From: Candidatus Nomurabacteria bacterium
GTDB lineage: Bacteria; Patescibacteriota; Minisyncoccia; Phycocordibacterales; UBA5272
Length of the DNA stretch: 64,000 nt
Reading direction: 5' to 3'
Assembly (NCBI GenBank): GCA_028286645.1
Contig: JAQBRF010000004.1
Span: 205,192-269,191, forward strand
Positions 27,633-37,639 of this stretch are shown here, one piece after another. How positions within the stretch are numbered: position 1 is the stretch's first letter; each line of letters opens with the position of its first letter. The notes beneath the pieces are model-generated. The model ran no database searches. It was not told the origin of the DNA and saw only the letters and a program-made list of their open reading frames with translations. The translations under genes were made by a program, and so were the position numbers.

Positions 27633-28250
27633 ATGGACTATAATAAATTGGCAACAAAAGAGACACTAGACAAAACAGTTTCCGCATTAAAAGAAAGAAA
27701 TATAGACGCAATTGTATGCGCAAATAAAGACGAAGCTCTTTCAAAGATTAAGGAAATGATTCCGGATGGAGCTTCGGTAAATAATGGAAGTTCTACCACA
27801 CTTCAACAATTAGGTTTTGTTGATTTACTTAAGTCCGGGAATCATAAATGGATTAATTTAAAGGAAGAAGTGGTAAAGGAAACTGATCCTGCCAAGCAAG
27901 CCGAGGCCAGAAATAAAGCATTGTTTTCTCAATACTATTTAGGATCAGTTCATGCAGTTTCTGAAGGTGGTGAAGTTATAATTGCTTCCGCATCTGGAAG
28001 CCAATTGCCGCACCTTGTATTTACTTCGCCAAATATTATTTTCGTCGTAAGTACAAAAAAGATCTGCCCAGATCTTAATAGCGGACTAGAGAGGATAAGA
28101 ACTCATGTAGTCCCTCTTGAAGATGAAAGGATGAAATCAGTAGGAATGGGAGGAACAGTGCTTTCTAAGATACTTATTCTAGAAAAGGAGCCGGCCTTCA
28201 TGAATAGAAAAGTCACAATGATCTTCGTAGAAGAGAACTTAGGGTTCTAA
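27633..28250 (+). CDS. LUD (lactate utilisation C-like, DUF162) domain protein
   Basis: 205 aa, YYLGSVHAVSEGGEVIIASASGS pattern. Confidence 0.45.
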   Translation: MDYNKLATKETLDKTVSALKERNIDAIVCANKDEALSKIKEMIPDGASVNNGSSTTLQQLGFVDLLKSGNHKWINLKEEVVKETDPAKQAEARNKALFSQYYLGSVHAVSEGGEVIIASASGSQLPHLVFTSPNIIFVVSTKKICPDLNSGLERIRTHVVPLEDERMKSVGMGGTVLSKILILEKEPAFMNRKVTMIFVEENLGF

Positions 28251-28302
28251 GACTGGAATTCATAATTAGTTATTGTTAAATACAATTAAATAAACTACTT
28301 CC

Positions 28303-29013
28303 ATGAAAATTAATCATATTCCTGGCGAAAGCCGAGGAAAAGGAGACCATGAATGGCTTAAAAGCCGTTTCTCATTTTCCTTTGCAGATTATTATGACCC
28401 TTCTAGAATGGGGTTTGGTCCACTTCGAGTGATCAATGATGACTGGATAGCACCTGGATCTGGATTTCCTCCTCATTCTCACCGTGATATGGAAATCTTT
28501 ACCATTCCCTTATCTGGGAAGCTTCATCATAAAGATAATACAGGCAAAGAATCAGTAATAGGACCTGGAGAAATTCAAATAATGTCTGCAGGAACGGGGG
28601 TGACTCATTCTGAGTTCAACGATTCTGAAACCGAACCTCTTAACTTGCTTCAGATCTGGATCGAACCAAGTATCCGAGGCATATCCCCCCGCCATGAGGA
28701 AAAAAGTTTCCCCTTCTTAAATGAGAAGAATAAATTGCATGAAATAATTAACCCCACAGGAGAAAGTAATGCCCTTAAAATCCAACAAGGTGCATATATA
28801 TATCTAGGAACATGGAACAAAAAAGAAGAAATTAAATTTCATATGCATGGCGCAAATAATGGACTGTACATATTTGTAATTGAAGGTATGATATCGGTGG
28901 GAGAAGTTGCGGCAAATAAGAAAGACGCTTTAGAAGTTACTCAAGCAGAAAATATTAGCATTAGGGTTTCAGAAAATACTTTCCTCCTTATTATAGAAGT
29001 ACCAAACGTATAA
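28303..29013 (+). CDS. pirin family protein
   Basis: HPHRDMEIFT.PL.G....D, cupin metal site, ~236 aa. Confidence 0.65.
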   Translation: MKINHIPGESRGKGDHEWLKSRFSFSFADYYDPSRMGFGPLRVINDDWIAPGSGFPPHSHRDMEIFTIPLSGKLHHKDNTGKESVIGPGEIQIMSAGTGVTHSEFNDSETEPLNLLQIWIEPSIRGISPRHEEKSFPFLNEKNKLHEIINPTGESNALKIQQGAYIYLGTWNKKEEIKFHMHGANNGLYIFVIEGMISVGEVAANKKDALEVTQAENISIRVSENTFLLIIEVPNV

Positions 29014-29760
29014 TTAGTACCCTAGATCCTTTAGGTGTTTTCTGATGGCGGCCTCATTTGTATATAGCGCTGTTTCATGTTGTCCGTTTGAATTGCATTC
29101 ACATTCAGACATAAAGTCGTTATTTACATCAGACATGTGCTTTGGGTCGTCATAAATATCAACACCATATAAAATTCCTTGTATATCAGCATGATCTTGC
29201 GGCCAAGCTGTCAAAACAATTATTTCGTCCTCTGGATCCTTATCGGCATTTGCGAAAAAGGCCGCTTTAATTTCTGGGCTTCCTCCATTGGGCGAGATAG
29301 TTGTAATAAACTTCGTTAGATAACCTCCATTTGTAGGTGTAAATAAATACATATTATAATAATTATCTGTAGTGTGATCTATATAATTGTCATGTTGTCT
29401 TGATTTTGTTATTTCAAATGGATAAAAAACAATAATGTAATTGACGCCGCCACTCTCACTTTTAAAATAAACAGGAGACAGGTCTGATTTTTTAAAAGAT
29501 ATTTTTACTCCTGGCTGATCAAAATAAGAGCTTCCAAAACCTTCTTTACTTATTGACGCTGGTTCATATTTTGCGATAATATCAGAAACTTTTAAATTAT
29601 TTTCCATCGATGGCGTAGTCGTTGCAGAAGATTTTAAAGGCACATTTTCAATTGGTTTATTTTGAAAACGAATAATGTTTACTATTAAGGCAATTAGAAT
29701 AATTAATACAATACCTGCTCCGGAAATAAGTACTATTAAGGAGTGCTTATGAAAGGTCAT
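29014..29760 (-). CDS. hypothetical membrane-anchored extracytoplasmic protein
   Basis: N-terminal TM anchor, then a Ser/Thr-rich linker and a globular domain. Confidence 0.4.
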   Translation of the reverse strand: MTFHKHSLIVLISGAGIVLIILIALIVNIIRFQNKPIENVPLKSSATTTPSMENNLKVSDIIAKYEPASISKEGFGSSYFDQPGVKISFKKSDLSPVYFKSESGGVNYIIVFYPFEITKSRQHDNYIDHTTDNYYNMYLFTPTNGGYLTKFITTISPNGGSPEIKAAFFANADKDPEDEIIVLTAWPQDHADIQGILYGVDIYDDPKHMSDVNNDFMSECECNSNGQHETALYTNEAAIRKHLKDLGY

Positions 29761-29866
29761 GATATGAGTATATATCCCAATTGTGTATATCTATGTGTTT
29801 ACATTGTTGCCAAACAAAACAGACAGTTCTATAATTAAATAGTTACCAGTTAATAAGGAAAAAAAT

Positions 29867-30019
29867 ATGCTTACAACAATTGCAGTAATACTACTCATAC
29901 TATGGCTACTAGGATTCATTGGGTTCCATGTATTAGGCGGTTTTATTCACATTCTTCTGGTAGTTGCTATCATATTATTCTTAATAAGAATAATTAGAGG
30001 AGAAAATCCTGTTAGATAA
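29867..30019 (+). CDS. lmo0937-family small membrane protein
   Basis: MLTTIAVILLILWLLGFIGFHVLGGFIHILLVVAIILFLIRIIRG, 50 aa; below the ORF-track size cut-off. Confidence 0.55.
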   Translation: MLTTIAVILLILWLLGFIGFHVLGGFIHILLVVAIILFLIRIIRGENPVR

Positions 30020-30133
30020 TAATAGAACTTGAAACTGAATTAATTGAATAAAAGTAAAAAGCTGCATTTATGCAGCTTTTTACTTGCCTGTACAAATCTA
30101 AGTTTTATGGTAGTATAATACTTATATAATATT

Positions 30134-31246
30134 ATGAACTTAAAAGAAGAAGCTCAAAAGATTCTAAATTTAGCAGACATTAAAATAGGAGGAGATAGAC
30201 CATGGGATATGATCATACACGATGAGCGTGTATATGCCGATGTCTTAAGCAAGGGATCTGTTGCTCTTGGAGAAACTTATATGAACTCATGGTGGGATTC
30301 CCCTGCGCTCGACCAATTCTTTGATAAATTAATTTCAGCTAATTTGAAAGAGAAAGTTAGGCCGACTTTCAGCCATTTGATGCTTTATTTATCTGCTAAA
30401 TTTTTTAATAAGCAATCAAAGAAAAGAGCTTTCATCGTTGGAGAAAAGCATTATGATGCGGGAAATGATTTATATACTCGCATGCTTGATAAAAGACTTA
30501 CATATACTTGCGGATATTGGAAAGAAGCAAAGACTTTAGACGAAGCACAAGAAGCTAAACTTGATCTGATCTGTAAAAAAATAGGGCTAAAGTCAGGTGA
30601 TAAAGTTTTAGACATAGGCTGTGGCTGGGGAAGCTTCGCTAAGTTTGCTGCAGAAAAGTATGGCGCTCACGTCGTCGGCATTACTATTTCCAATGAACAA
30701 GCCAAGCTTGCTCGAGAGCTCGTTGTAGGACTTCCCGTAGAAATAAGAGTATGCGACTACAGAGAGATGAATGAGAAGTTCGACCATATTATCTCTATTG
30801 GAATGTTTGAGCATGTCGGATATAAAAACTTCAGGACTTATATGGAAGTGGCAAATCGCTGCTTAAAAGATGATGGGCTATTTCTGCTTCATACAATTGG
30901 AAACAACTATTCTGATCTTCATACAGATCCATGGATAGAGAAGTATATATTCCCAAATGGGCTACTCCCCTCTATTGCTCAAATAGGCAAATCAATAGAA
31001 AGATTATTTATAATGGAAGACTGGCATAATTTCGGAACTGATTATGATAAGACCCTCATGGTATGGAACGAAAACTTTGAAAAATCCTGGGATGAGATAA
31101 AGGATAAATACGATGAAAGGTTTAAAAGAATGTGGAATTATTATCTGCTAATGTGCGCAGGTTCATTCCGAGCTCGCGATATTAATCTATGGCAAATTGT
31201 ATTATCTAAAAAAGGAGTTAAGGGAGGATACAAGTCAATAAGATAG
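30134..31246 (+). CDS. cfa: cyclopropane-fatty-acyl-phospholipid synthase family methyltransferase
   Basis: VLDIGCGWGSFAKFAAEKYG, ..ISIGMFEHVG..N, CFA-synthase length and C-terminal region. Confidence 0.7.
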   Translation: MNLKEEAQKILNLADIKIGGDRPWDMIIHDERVYADVLSKGSVALGETYMNSWWDSPALDQFFDKLISANLKEKVRPTFSHLMLYLSAKFFNKQSKKRAFIVGEKHYDAGNDLYTRMLDKRLTYTCGYWKEAKTLDEAQEAKLDLICKKIGLKSGDKVLDIGCGWGSFAKFAAEKYGAHVVGITISNEQAKLARELVVGLPVEIRVCDYREMNEKFDHIISIGMFEHVGYKNFRTYMEVANRCLKDDGLFLLHTIGNNYSDLHTDPWIEKYIFPNGLLPSIAQIGKSIERLFIMEDWHNFGTDYDKTLMVWNENFEKSWDEIKDKYDERFKRMWNYYLLMCAGSFRARDINLWQIVLSKKGVKGGYKSIR

Positions 31247-31279
31247 ATTCATATTTGTATACTTCAGAAAATGATCGTA

Positions 31280-31316
31280 GAAAATAAAAAGTGAGGAACC
31301 CGGAGGTCCCTCACCA
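31280..31316 (-). terminator. intrinsic terminator of the minus-strand gene
   Basis: gtgagg-aacccggaggtc-cctcac followed on the minus strand by a T-run. Confidence 0.5.
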
Positions 31317-31336
31317 GTGCACTAGATCCGCCCTTT

Positions 31337-32071
31337 TCAGTACGCGAAGCGTAATCCGACCACTTCGATTATGCGTGTCACACGACTTATGCCGCCGTCC
31401 TTGATTTCAGACGGATCGATATATCGCACCGAAGCGACCACCGACCAATTACGGTTAACGGAGTAACCGCCAATCGCTTCTGCATTCCAGACGTTGCCAG
31501 ATGTGGAACCTAACATCGTCTGATAGTGCCCCCGGTCAAGAATCCCCGTCCATGACCAGGGTCCAGCCTTGCCGATCAACTTGATGCCGACGCGGTTCAC
31601 GGTCGCACCGTCGATCTGCCCACCCATCATGTATACGAGTTCACCCTTATAGAACGGGCAAATCTCGCCGACGGCGAACTTGGGACATTTGTCCGGGCTC
31701 AGGATGAGCACCGGATTTATGATGTCGTTCGACCCCGCCGTGCCGGTGGGAAAGCGGTCGATGAAGGTGACAGATACATCGCAGCGAACCCCGTAGAAAA
31801 CACAGAGCCATCCCACCTTCCCGTCGGTTTCGTTGCCGAAGTGCGCCGTCTCTCCGCCCACAAGCCGTTTGGAGGCCCACAGTTCTCCATAAACGCCGTT
31901 CTTTGCGAAGACGTCGACGAATCCCTGGACGACTGGCTTATTGCTTGCCATGAAGCCGTTAGGGAGCTGATAGCTCGACAGAATACTGAGGCCTCCGGTT
32001 ACGCTAGGCGATTCCGCTACCGCAAGGGTGGCGCTAAAGATCATCAGAATTGCGGCGATAAGCTTCTTCAT
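31337..32071 (-). CDS. secreted beta-rich protein, possibly outer-membrane beta-barrel-like (GC-rich insert)
   Basis: Signal peptide MKKLIAAILMIFSATLAVA; alternating-residue strands; C-terminus ...VGLRFAY. Confidence 0.4.
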   Translation of the reverse strand: MKKLIAAILMIFSATLAVAESPSVTGGLSILSSYQLPNGFMASNKPVVQGFVDVFAKNGVYGELWASKRLVGGETAHFGNETDGKVGWLCVFYGVRCDVSVTFIDRFPTGTAGSNDIINPVLILSPDKCPKFAVGEICPFYKGELVYMMGGQIDGATVNRVGIKLIGKAGPWSWTGILDRGHYQTMLGSTSGNVWNAEAIGGYSVNRNWSVVASVRYIDPSEIKDGGISRVTRIIEVVGLRFAY

Positions 32072-32283
32072 GTTTCCTCCTCGAAATTAAACAGATCAGA
32101 ATTTAGAAAGGTCTGTCTTGCTGGAATTAATTTCAGACCAAGTATGAGATCACACTATATAAACTAATTGAGGCTGTCAAGAATGAGGAAAACTATATAA
32201 GTACTAGAATTGAATATTAACTTACATTTATTTTGTCCTAATACATATCATAATTTGTAAGGTATAATGACTACTCAACGTCT

Positions 32284-32793
32284 ATGAATATAGAAGATCG
32301 TCGAAAAGACTTTAAACAACGATTAACTGTCGCATATACAAATCATAGCGATTCACTTTTTAGACTTTGTCTTTACAAAACAAGCTCAAATGAAACCGCG
32401 AAAGATATACTCCAAGAAACCTATTTAAGATATTGGGATTATTTATCTCAGGGGAAAATTGTCGATAGTGAGAAGGCTTTCCTCTTTCAAATAGCCAGAA
32501 ATTTAATCATTGATTATTACAGGAAGAAAAAGTCTGTTTCATTAGACTCTCTTAAGGAAGAAGGCTTTGATCCAGGAGATGCGAGCCATAATAAAATAGT
32601 AAACGAAGCAGAAGTAAACATTGCTATCGAAACTATAAATAATTTAGATGAAAAATATAAGGATGTTGTGTATATGAGATTAATAGAAGATATGCCAATG
32701 GAAGAAATAGGCCGATCTCTCGGGATAAGCGCAAATACTGCCACAGTTAGATTCCACAGAGGCATGAAACAGCTTGAAAAGGAATTCAAATAA
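32284..32793 (+). CDS. ECF-type RNA polymerase sigma factor (sigma-70 regions 2 and 4)
   Basis: LQETYLRYWDY....FLFQIARNLIIDYYRKK (region 2) and EEIGRSLGISANTATVRFHRG (region 4 HTH). Confidence 0.7.
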   Translation: MNIEDRRKDFKQRLTVAYTNHSDSLFRLCLYKTSSNETAKDILQETYLRYWDYLSQGKIVDSEKAFLFQIARNLIIDYYRKKKSVSLDSLKEEGFDPGDASHNKIVNEAEVNIAIETINNLDEKYKDVVYMRLIEDMPMEEIGRSLGISANTATVRFHRGMKQLEKEFK

Positions 32794-32794
32794 A

Positions 32795-33586
32795 ATGAAA
32801 AAGACAGACAAAACACAATTCAATAGCTCCGTAGAATCTTTAAAGAAAACAAAGATGCTTGAAAACGACAGAAATGACATGGAGTCATCTATTTTCTCGG
32901 CCCTTGACACGAGAATTCCTGTTATTCCTGGATTTATTCCTAGTCCTTACCAACATTCTGTCTTCGAAAGAACAAAAAAACCATTAATCTTAGGATTGAG
33001 CGGTATTGTTATATTTTCAGGCAGTTTAGCTTTTGCCGCTAATGGAGCTCTTCCAGGAGATACCTTATATAAAATAAAAACAAAAGTTACCGAACCTTTA
33101 GTTTTGCTATTTAAACATGACCCAACAGAAAGGGCGGAGTACCAACTAGGCTTAGCAAATAAAAGAGCTGCTGAGATAAAGATATTAAAAGATCGGAACA
33201 CTCTTACGGTAGAGCAAAGCAAAGAAGCTAATGAAATTATGATGAATAATATTAATGCAGCGTGGGATGATTCAGAAAATATTACAACAGGAGCCAAAGG
33301 AAGCATACAAATAGATATCCAAAGAGTGAAAAGCGACCTTATAAATTCAACCAACAACGGCATTGATAGCTCTTCATCCTTAAAGGCTACATCTACTATT
33401 TCTTCCTCAAATATGAATAATGGCAGCAGCTCAATAGATTTAAAACAAGACTTAAAAGTTAATTCGTCCGGGAATCGGCTCATTGATGCAAATGGAACTA
33501 CACCTCATAATTCTTCTGCCTCTTCCTCCCCTATTTCTAAGCCTGATCTCTCATTCCCTTCTAAAAATACCCCTGATTTAAACTAG
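32795..33586 (+). CDS. putative anti-sigma / DUF5667-like membrane protein
   Basis: Immediately after the sigma gene; single TM; LPGDTLYKIKTKVTEP matches the DUF5667 pattern seen next to sigma factors; Ser-rich tail. Confidence 0.45.
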   Translation: MKKTDKTQFNSSVESLKKTKMLENDRNDMESSIFSALDTRIPVIPGFIPSPYQHSVFERTKKPLILGLSGIVIFSGSLAFAANGALPGDTLYKIKTKVTEPLVLLFKHDPTERAEYQLGLANKRAAEIKILKDRNTLTVEQSKEANEIMMNNINAAWDDSENITTGAKGSIQIDIQRVKSDLINSTNNGIDSSSSLKATSTISSSNMNNGSSSIDLKQDLKVNSSGNRLIDANGTTPHNSSASSSPISKPDLSFPSKNTPDLN

Positions 33587-33665
33587 GGGTAGAAATTGTA
33601 AGATTTCAAGAACTTATACGTCTACTACTATGAACAAGAAAACTAATTATAAAGAAACTAAAACT

Positions 33666-34418
33666 ATGAAAAAAATAAATATTAAAAATGGTGTTGTGGC
33701 TCTAGGGATCGCAGCGCTTACTATTAGCGGAGCTTCAGCTCTAACCATAAATACGGTTACATCTGGAAGTTCAACAACTTCCTCATCAGGCGGAACTGGC
33801 CAAGTAAATGGAACCAATACAAATTCTGGAGCAAACTCAAATTCTTCTATAAATGCTAATGCAAATATTAACGCGACTGTAGGACATACAAGCTCTTCAA
33901 GCGATGCCACAAGCTCAGGAAGTTCGACTTCTGGCGGAAGCGTTATGACTACAGGAAGTAACAGCATTATGATTTCTGCTCCGCTTAATATTTCAAGCGA
34001 TGCGGATTTTCAAACATACAGCAATAGCATAATGACAAATGATTCAAATGTATCAAGCATTACAGCCTCAGGTGATAATGGCATTGTTGTAGAGTATAAG
34101 CATCCGGGAAAGTTTCTAGGATTTATTCCAGTAACTGTTACTGCAACAACAGAAGTTACGTCAAACTCAGATAATACAGTAAATGTTAAAACAAAGTTGC
34201 CATGGTGGGCTATGTTTGTAAGCGGCGTACAATCTTTTAAATCAAATATTGAAACACGATTACAAAACTCAAGCGACTTACAAGCAAGCATGAACGCGCG
34301 AGCATCTGCCGCAGGTAAAGCTCGAGCCGTATACCAAATTGTTTCTGGCTTAAACGCCGAAGCAAATGCAAATTCAACAACAAACACTTCTGTAAATGGA
34401 AGCACCAATAATCAGTAG
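33666..34418 (+). CDS. secreted Ser/Thr/Asn-rich low-complexity protein
   Basis: Signal peptide MKKINIKNGVVALGIAALTISGASA, then S/T/N-rich repeats. Confidence 0.45.
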   Translation: MKKINIKNGVVALGIAALTISGASALTINTVTSGSSTTSSSGGTGQVNGTNTNSGANSNSSINANANINATVGHTSSSSDATSSGSSTSGGSVMTTGSNSIMISAPLNISSDADFQTYSNSIMTNDSNVSSITASGDNGIVVEYKHPGKFLGFIPVTVTATTEVTSNSDNTVNVKTKLPWWAMFVSGVQSFKSNIETRLQNSSDLQASMNARASAAGKARAVYQIVSGLNAEANANSTTNTSVNGSTNNQ

Positions 34419-34498
34419 AAATAGTTAAACTTAACAAAAGAGAGTCCGGCTAGGCTCTCTTTTGTTTTGATTTTAAAATAATTTGGTAGAATGGATAA

Positions 34499-35140
34499 AT
34501 GTACGGATTAACAGATAAGGAGATATCTATATTGAAGAAGTTAGACATCCCTCAGAAAATTCAAGATTTCTTGGACAGGATTCCATATAATCACGAATTA
34601 AAAGGAGAAACATGCATGTCCCCTAAAAGAGTTTTGGAAGAAAGGAGAGCTCACTGCATAGAGGCAGCAATGTTTGCCTCTATTGCTTTAATGCTTCAAG
34701 GGAGACCTCCGCTGGTACTTAGTCTTAAAGTAACAAGTGCGGACGACGACTATCATGCTGTCGCATTATTTAAAGAAAATGGATACTGGGGAGCCATAAG
34801 CAAGACTAATCATGCTGTACTAAGATATCGTGACCCAATATATAAAACTATACGGGAACTTGCATTATCATATTTCCATGAATATTATTTAGGGAGCAGT
34901 GGCCAGAAAACCCTGCGAGGCTATACTAGACCCATAAATTTAAAAAAATTTGGAACTAAATGGGTATCTGAAGAAATGGACTTATGGAAAATAGCGGAAT
35001 CTATTTATGTAACAAAACATATAGACATTATTCCTAAAGGTAATGAAAAGTTAATTAGAAATGCTACGCCTTTTGAAAGAAAAGTGACAAATGTAGAGGA
35101 ATGGCTAAGGAATGAAAATATTAATCAAATGATAAAGTAA
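34499..35140 (+). CDS. hypothetical protein, possible transglutaminase/papain-like Cys-His-Asp fold
   Basis: RRAHCIEAAMFASIALMLQG, then DDDYHAVALF with a downstream D. Speculative. Confidence 0.3.
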   Translation: MYGLTDKEISILKKLDIPQKIQDFLDRIPYNHELKGETCMSPKRVLEERRAHCIEAAMFASIALMLQGRPPLVLSLKVTSADDDYHAVALFKENGYWGAISKTNHAVLRYRDPIYKTIRELALSYFHEYYLGSSGQKTLRGYTRPINLKKFGTKWVSEEMDLWKIAESIYVTKHIDIIPKGNEKLIRNATPFERKVTNVEEWLRNENINQMIK

Positions 35141-35142
35141 AA

Positions 35143-36033
35143 ATGAAAGTCCTTATAAAGATAATTCTCATACTGGCCATTGCTCTATGCGGTGCATATT
35201 ATTATAGAAATGTTGTGCTTGTTCCATGTGACAAGCCTATTACTTATAAAATAGGAACTATTGATGCAGGCTTTGGAATAACAAAGGAAGAATTTAAAAC
35301 TGTGATAGAAACGGCATCTGAAGCATGGGAAAAGCCAATCGGTAAAAACTTATTCCAATATGATGACGCAGGAAAGCTGACAATAAACCTTATATATGAT
35401 CATAGGCAGATGATTACCGATACAAATCAAGAATTGAAAGCGGATGTAGATAAAATAAGCGGGGCGGCTCAGTCTGTTAGAGAACAATACACTTCTTTAA
35501 AGAGCCAGCTAGCAAATCTTCAAAATCTATATAACTCTAGTGTTTCGGATTTTGAAGCAAGACAAAGCAAATATAATGACGACGTTAATTATTGGAACGA
35601 TCATGGAGGAGCGCCGCGGGATGAATATAATGCATTAAATGCTGAAAGAAATAGCCTCGAGACTGAGCGTGCTTCTTTAGAAGCGAAGCGCCAGCAAATA
35701 AATAGTTTAGTTGATGAAATCAATGCGTTTATTAAAAAATATAATCTCTTAGTAAATCAAGCAAATACTAATATCAGCAAAATAAATCAAAATGCAGGCG
35801 TAGAGTTTGAAGAAGGATTGTATACCCCTTCTACAAACACTATTGATATATATGAATATAGTAATAAAAACAAATTTATAAGAGTAACCGCCCATGAATT
35901 GGGACATGCCCTAGGAATTGATCACAACGATAACATAGGATCAATTATGTATAAATCAAACATTGGGAGTAACTTATCATTATCAAAAGAAGATCTATCT
36001 AGCTTAAAGAGCGTTTGTAATTTAAATAATTAG
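35143..36033 (+). CDS. membrane-anchored zinc metalloprotease (matrixin/M10-like HExxHxxGxxH) with coiled-coil insert
   Basis: TAHELGHALGIDHNDNIGSIMY (Met-turn) at the C-terminus; N-terminal TM helix; central heptad-rich region. Confidence 0.6.
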   Translation: MKVLIKIILILAIALCGAYYYRNVVLVPCDKPITYKIGTIDAGFGITKEEFKTVIETASEAWEKPIGKNLFQYDDAGKLTINLIYDHRQMITDTNQELKADVDKISGAAQSVREQYTSLKSQLANLQNLYNSSVSDFEARQSKYNDDVNYWNDHGGAPRDEYNALNAERNSLETERASLEAKRQQINSLVDEINAFIKKYNLLVNQANTNISKINQNAGVEFEEGLYTPSTNTIDIYEYSNKNKFIRVTAHELGHALGIDHNDNIGSIMYKSNIGSNLSLSKEDLSSLKSVCNLNN

Positions 36034-37118
36034 AGATTTACCTCAGTTAAAGGAACTGCCGCGCTTTTTTCCACTTTAAAGGTTTCTCGCCCTACAACGC
36101 GTTTACCCCCTACTTTTACGGTCACTCTCCAGAGGCCTGGAGTCACATTATTCTTAAACGAATATGTTCTATACCCTTCAGTCCTCCCTCCTACTATCCC
36201 AAAGGATACGATATTGGATTGTTTCCATTTTCCTTCTTTCTCATCATAATATTCCCATACGTGAGAGATTGGGGCAGTTAGCTCTGCCGGAGCATTTATA
36301 GAGCTAAAGAAATAAATTTGGGATTCACTGTTTGAAAGATGAAATACTGGGGTATGAAACTTAGCAAATATTCCTTTATATGTATCTCTTTCTTCAAGCG
36401 CGGGGAATTCACTGCCCTCATGCCTGATTGAGTGATATATTCCGCTTTTATTTAATGATAACGGAACCGCTGGTAAAACATTTAAAAAATAAAGCATTCC
36501 TACAAACATGGGAATTCCCACCGCAAGAGCATAACCTCTCGGTGCTTCATTTTGCGCAGCCTCTGATGTAAATTTAAGAATAAATATATAAGCCATGCAT
36601 ATGGCAATTGCAATCGCAATACTTATGCTGAAAGTGACATCATTTTGGGACTTCAGAATTACAGGCATATGAAATACCGTGTAAAAAAGAGTGGCCAAGA
36701 AAAGAATCCCGACATCTAATGTAAATCTAAAGCTGTGCGATGATACTAATTCATTAGATAAGATACAAAGCAAAAGAATTACAAGAAGCGGCCAGCTTAC
36801 AAAAATATCCGCGCCGCGCATGGAATAAATAAATACAAATGATAGAGCGGAACCAAGTAAACATACAATTCCAAAGGTTGAAAAAGAATACAGTTTTTGC
36901 TCAGTTTTACTTGCGGTATTTCTCGATACGAGCCATTCTCTAAACATAATAAGCAATGCCGTCGAAACTAAGTAAGCAAGTCCAAAGTATAATGCGCGGG
37001 GTTTATCTATATCGGGCAGAATCGCCATATCAACAAAAAATCCGACAATGAATAATATTGTCGTCGAATGATGTTTATATGTGTCCAGTGACTTAAGTGA
37101 GAGCAGGACTTTCGACAT
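36030..37118 (-). CDS. polytopic membrane protein with C-terminal beta-rich extracytoplasmic domain (DUF2914-like)
   Basis: Six TM helices, then about 110 aa of soluble domain (..WRVTVKVGGKRVVGRETFKV). Confidence 0.4.
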   Translation of the reverse strand: MSKVLLSLKSLDTYKHHSTTILFIVGFFVDMAILPDIDKPRALYFGLAYLVSTALLIMFREWLVSRNTASKTEQKLYSFSTFGIVCLLGSALSFVFIYSMRGADIFVSWPLLVILLLCILSNELVSSHSFRFTLDVGILFLATLFYTVFHMPVILKSQNDVTFSISIAIAIAICMAYIFILKFTSEAAQNEAPRGYALAVGIPMFVGMLYFLNVLPAVPLSLNKSGIYHSIRHEGSEFPALEERDTYKGIFAKFHTPVFHLSNSESQIYFFSSINAPAELTAPISHVWEYYDEKEGKWKQSNIVSFGIVGGRTEGYRTYSFKNNVTPGLWRVTVKVGGKRVVGRETFKVEKSAAVPLTEVNL

Positions 37119-37218
37119 ATATAGATTAGTTTACCTGTAAAGACGCCAAATCTGAAATTATTTAGAATGAGGGAAAGTGGTATAATGAAATGTATTATAA
37201 TAAGAAAGTTCAGAAACT

Positions 37219-37638
37219 ATGAATTTATATTTACATTTTTTAGCTATAGCGTATGCAGCATATAATGTCTTTCGCGCGGACCATATGGGTTTCAATTGGA
37301 TAAGAGGGAAATACCAGACATTAGACGAAAAGAAAGTTAGGTTTTACCATATAAGCACATATGTAGCACTCTTCTTAGTCATCGCTACGGGTATAAATTT
37401 ATTTTGGCCTATTCATGAATATCTCCTAACTAGACCGCAATTTTACACTAAGATGGCGTTTGTTTTACTGCTTTTGATTAACAGTGTTGCAATAGGCAAG
37501 TTTTCAAAAGTAGCAACGATAAAACCTTGGTCATCTTTAACTAATAAAGAAAAGCTTCCTCTCATCATCACGGGAGGCCTTTCCACTATCGGATGGTTAG
37601 GAGCATTTGCCGGAGGATTCTTTCTTATTCCAAACTAG
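37219..37638 (+). CDS. membrane protein
   Basis: 139 aa, four TM helices. Confidence 0.4.
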   Translation: MNLYLHFLAIAYAAYNVFRADHMGFNWIRGKYQTLDEKKVRFYHISTYVALFLVIATGINLFWPIHEYLLTRPQFYTKMAFVLLLLINSVAIGKFSKVATIKPWSSLTNKEKLPLIITGGLSTIGWLGAFAGGFFLIPN

Positions 37639-37639
37639 T

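Noticed and set aside
33666-34418. Possible tandem DNA repeats or CRISPR-like regularity in the S/T/N-rich gene
   Set aside because: Repetition is at the amino-acid composition level (Ser/Thr/Asn codons). No regularly spaced identical DNA repeats with unique spacers. No CRISPR array anywhere in the window.
37607-37639. Upstream extension (MPEDSFLFQTS) of the SpeD-like ORF
   Set aside because: It would overlap the preceding membrane gene by 32 nt. The internal ATG at 37640 follows that gene's stop and gives a protein starting near the conserved region.
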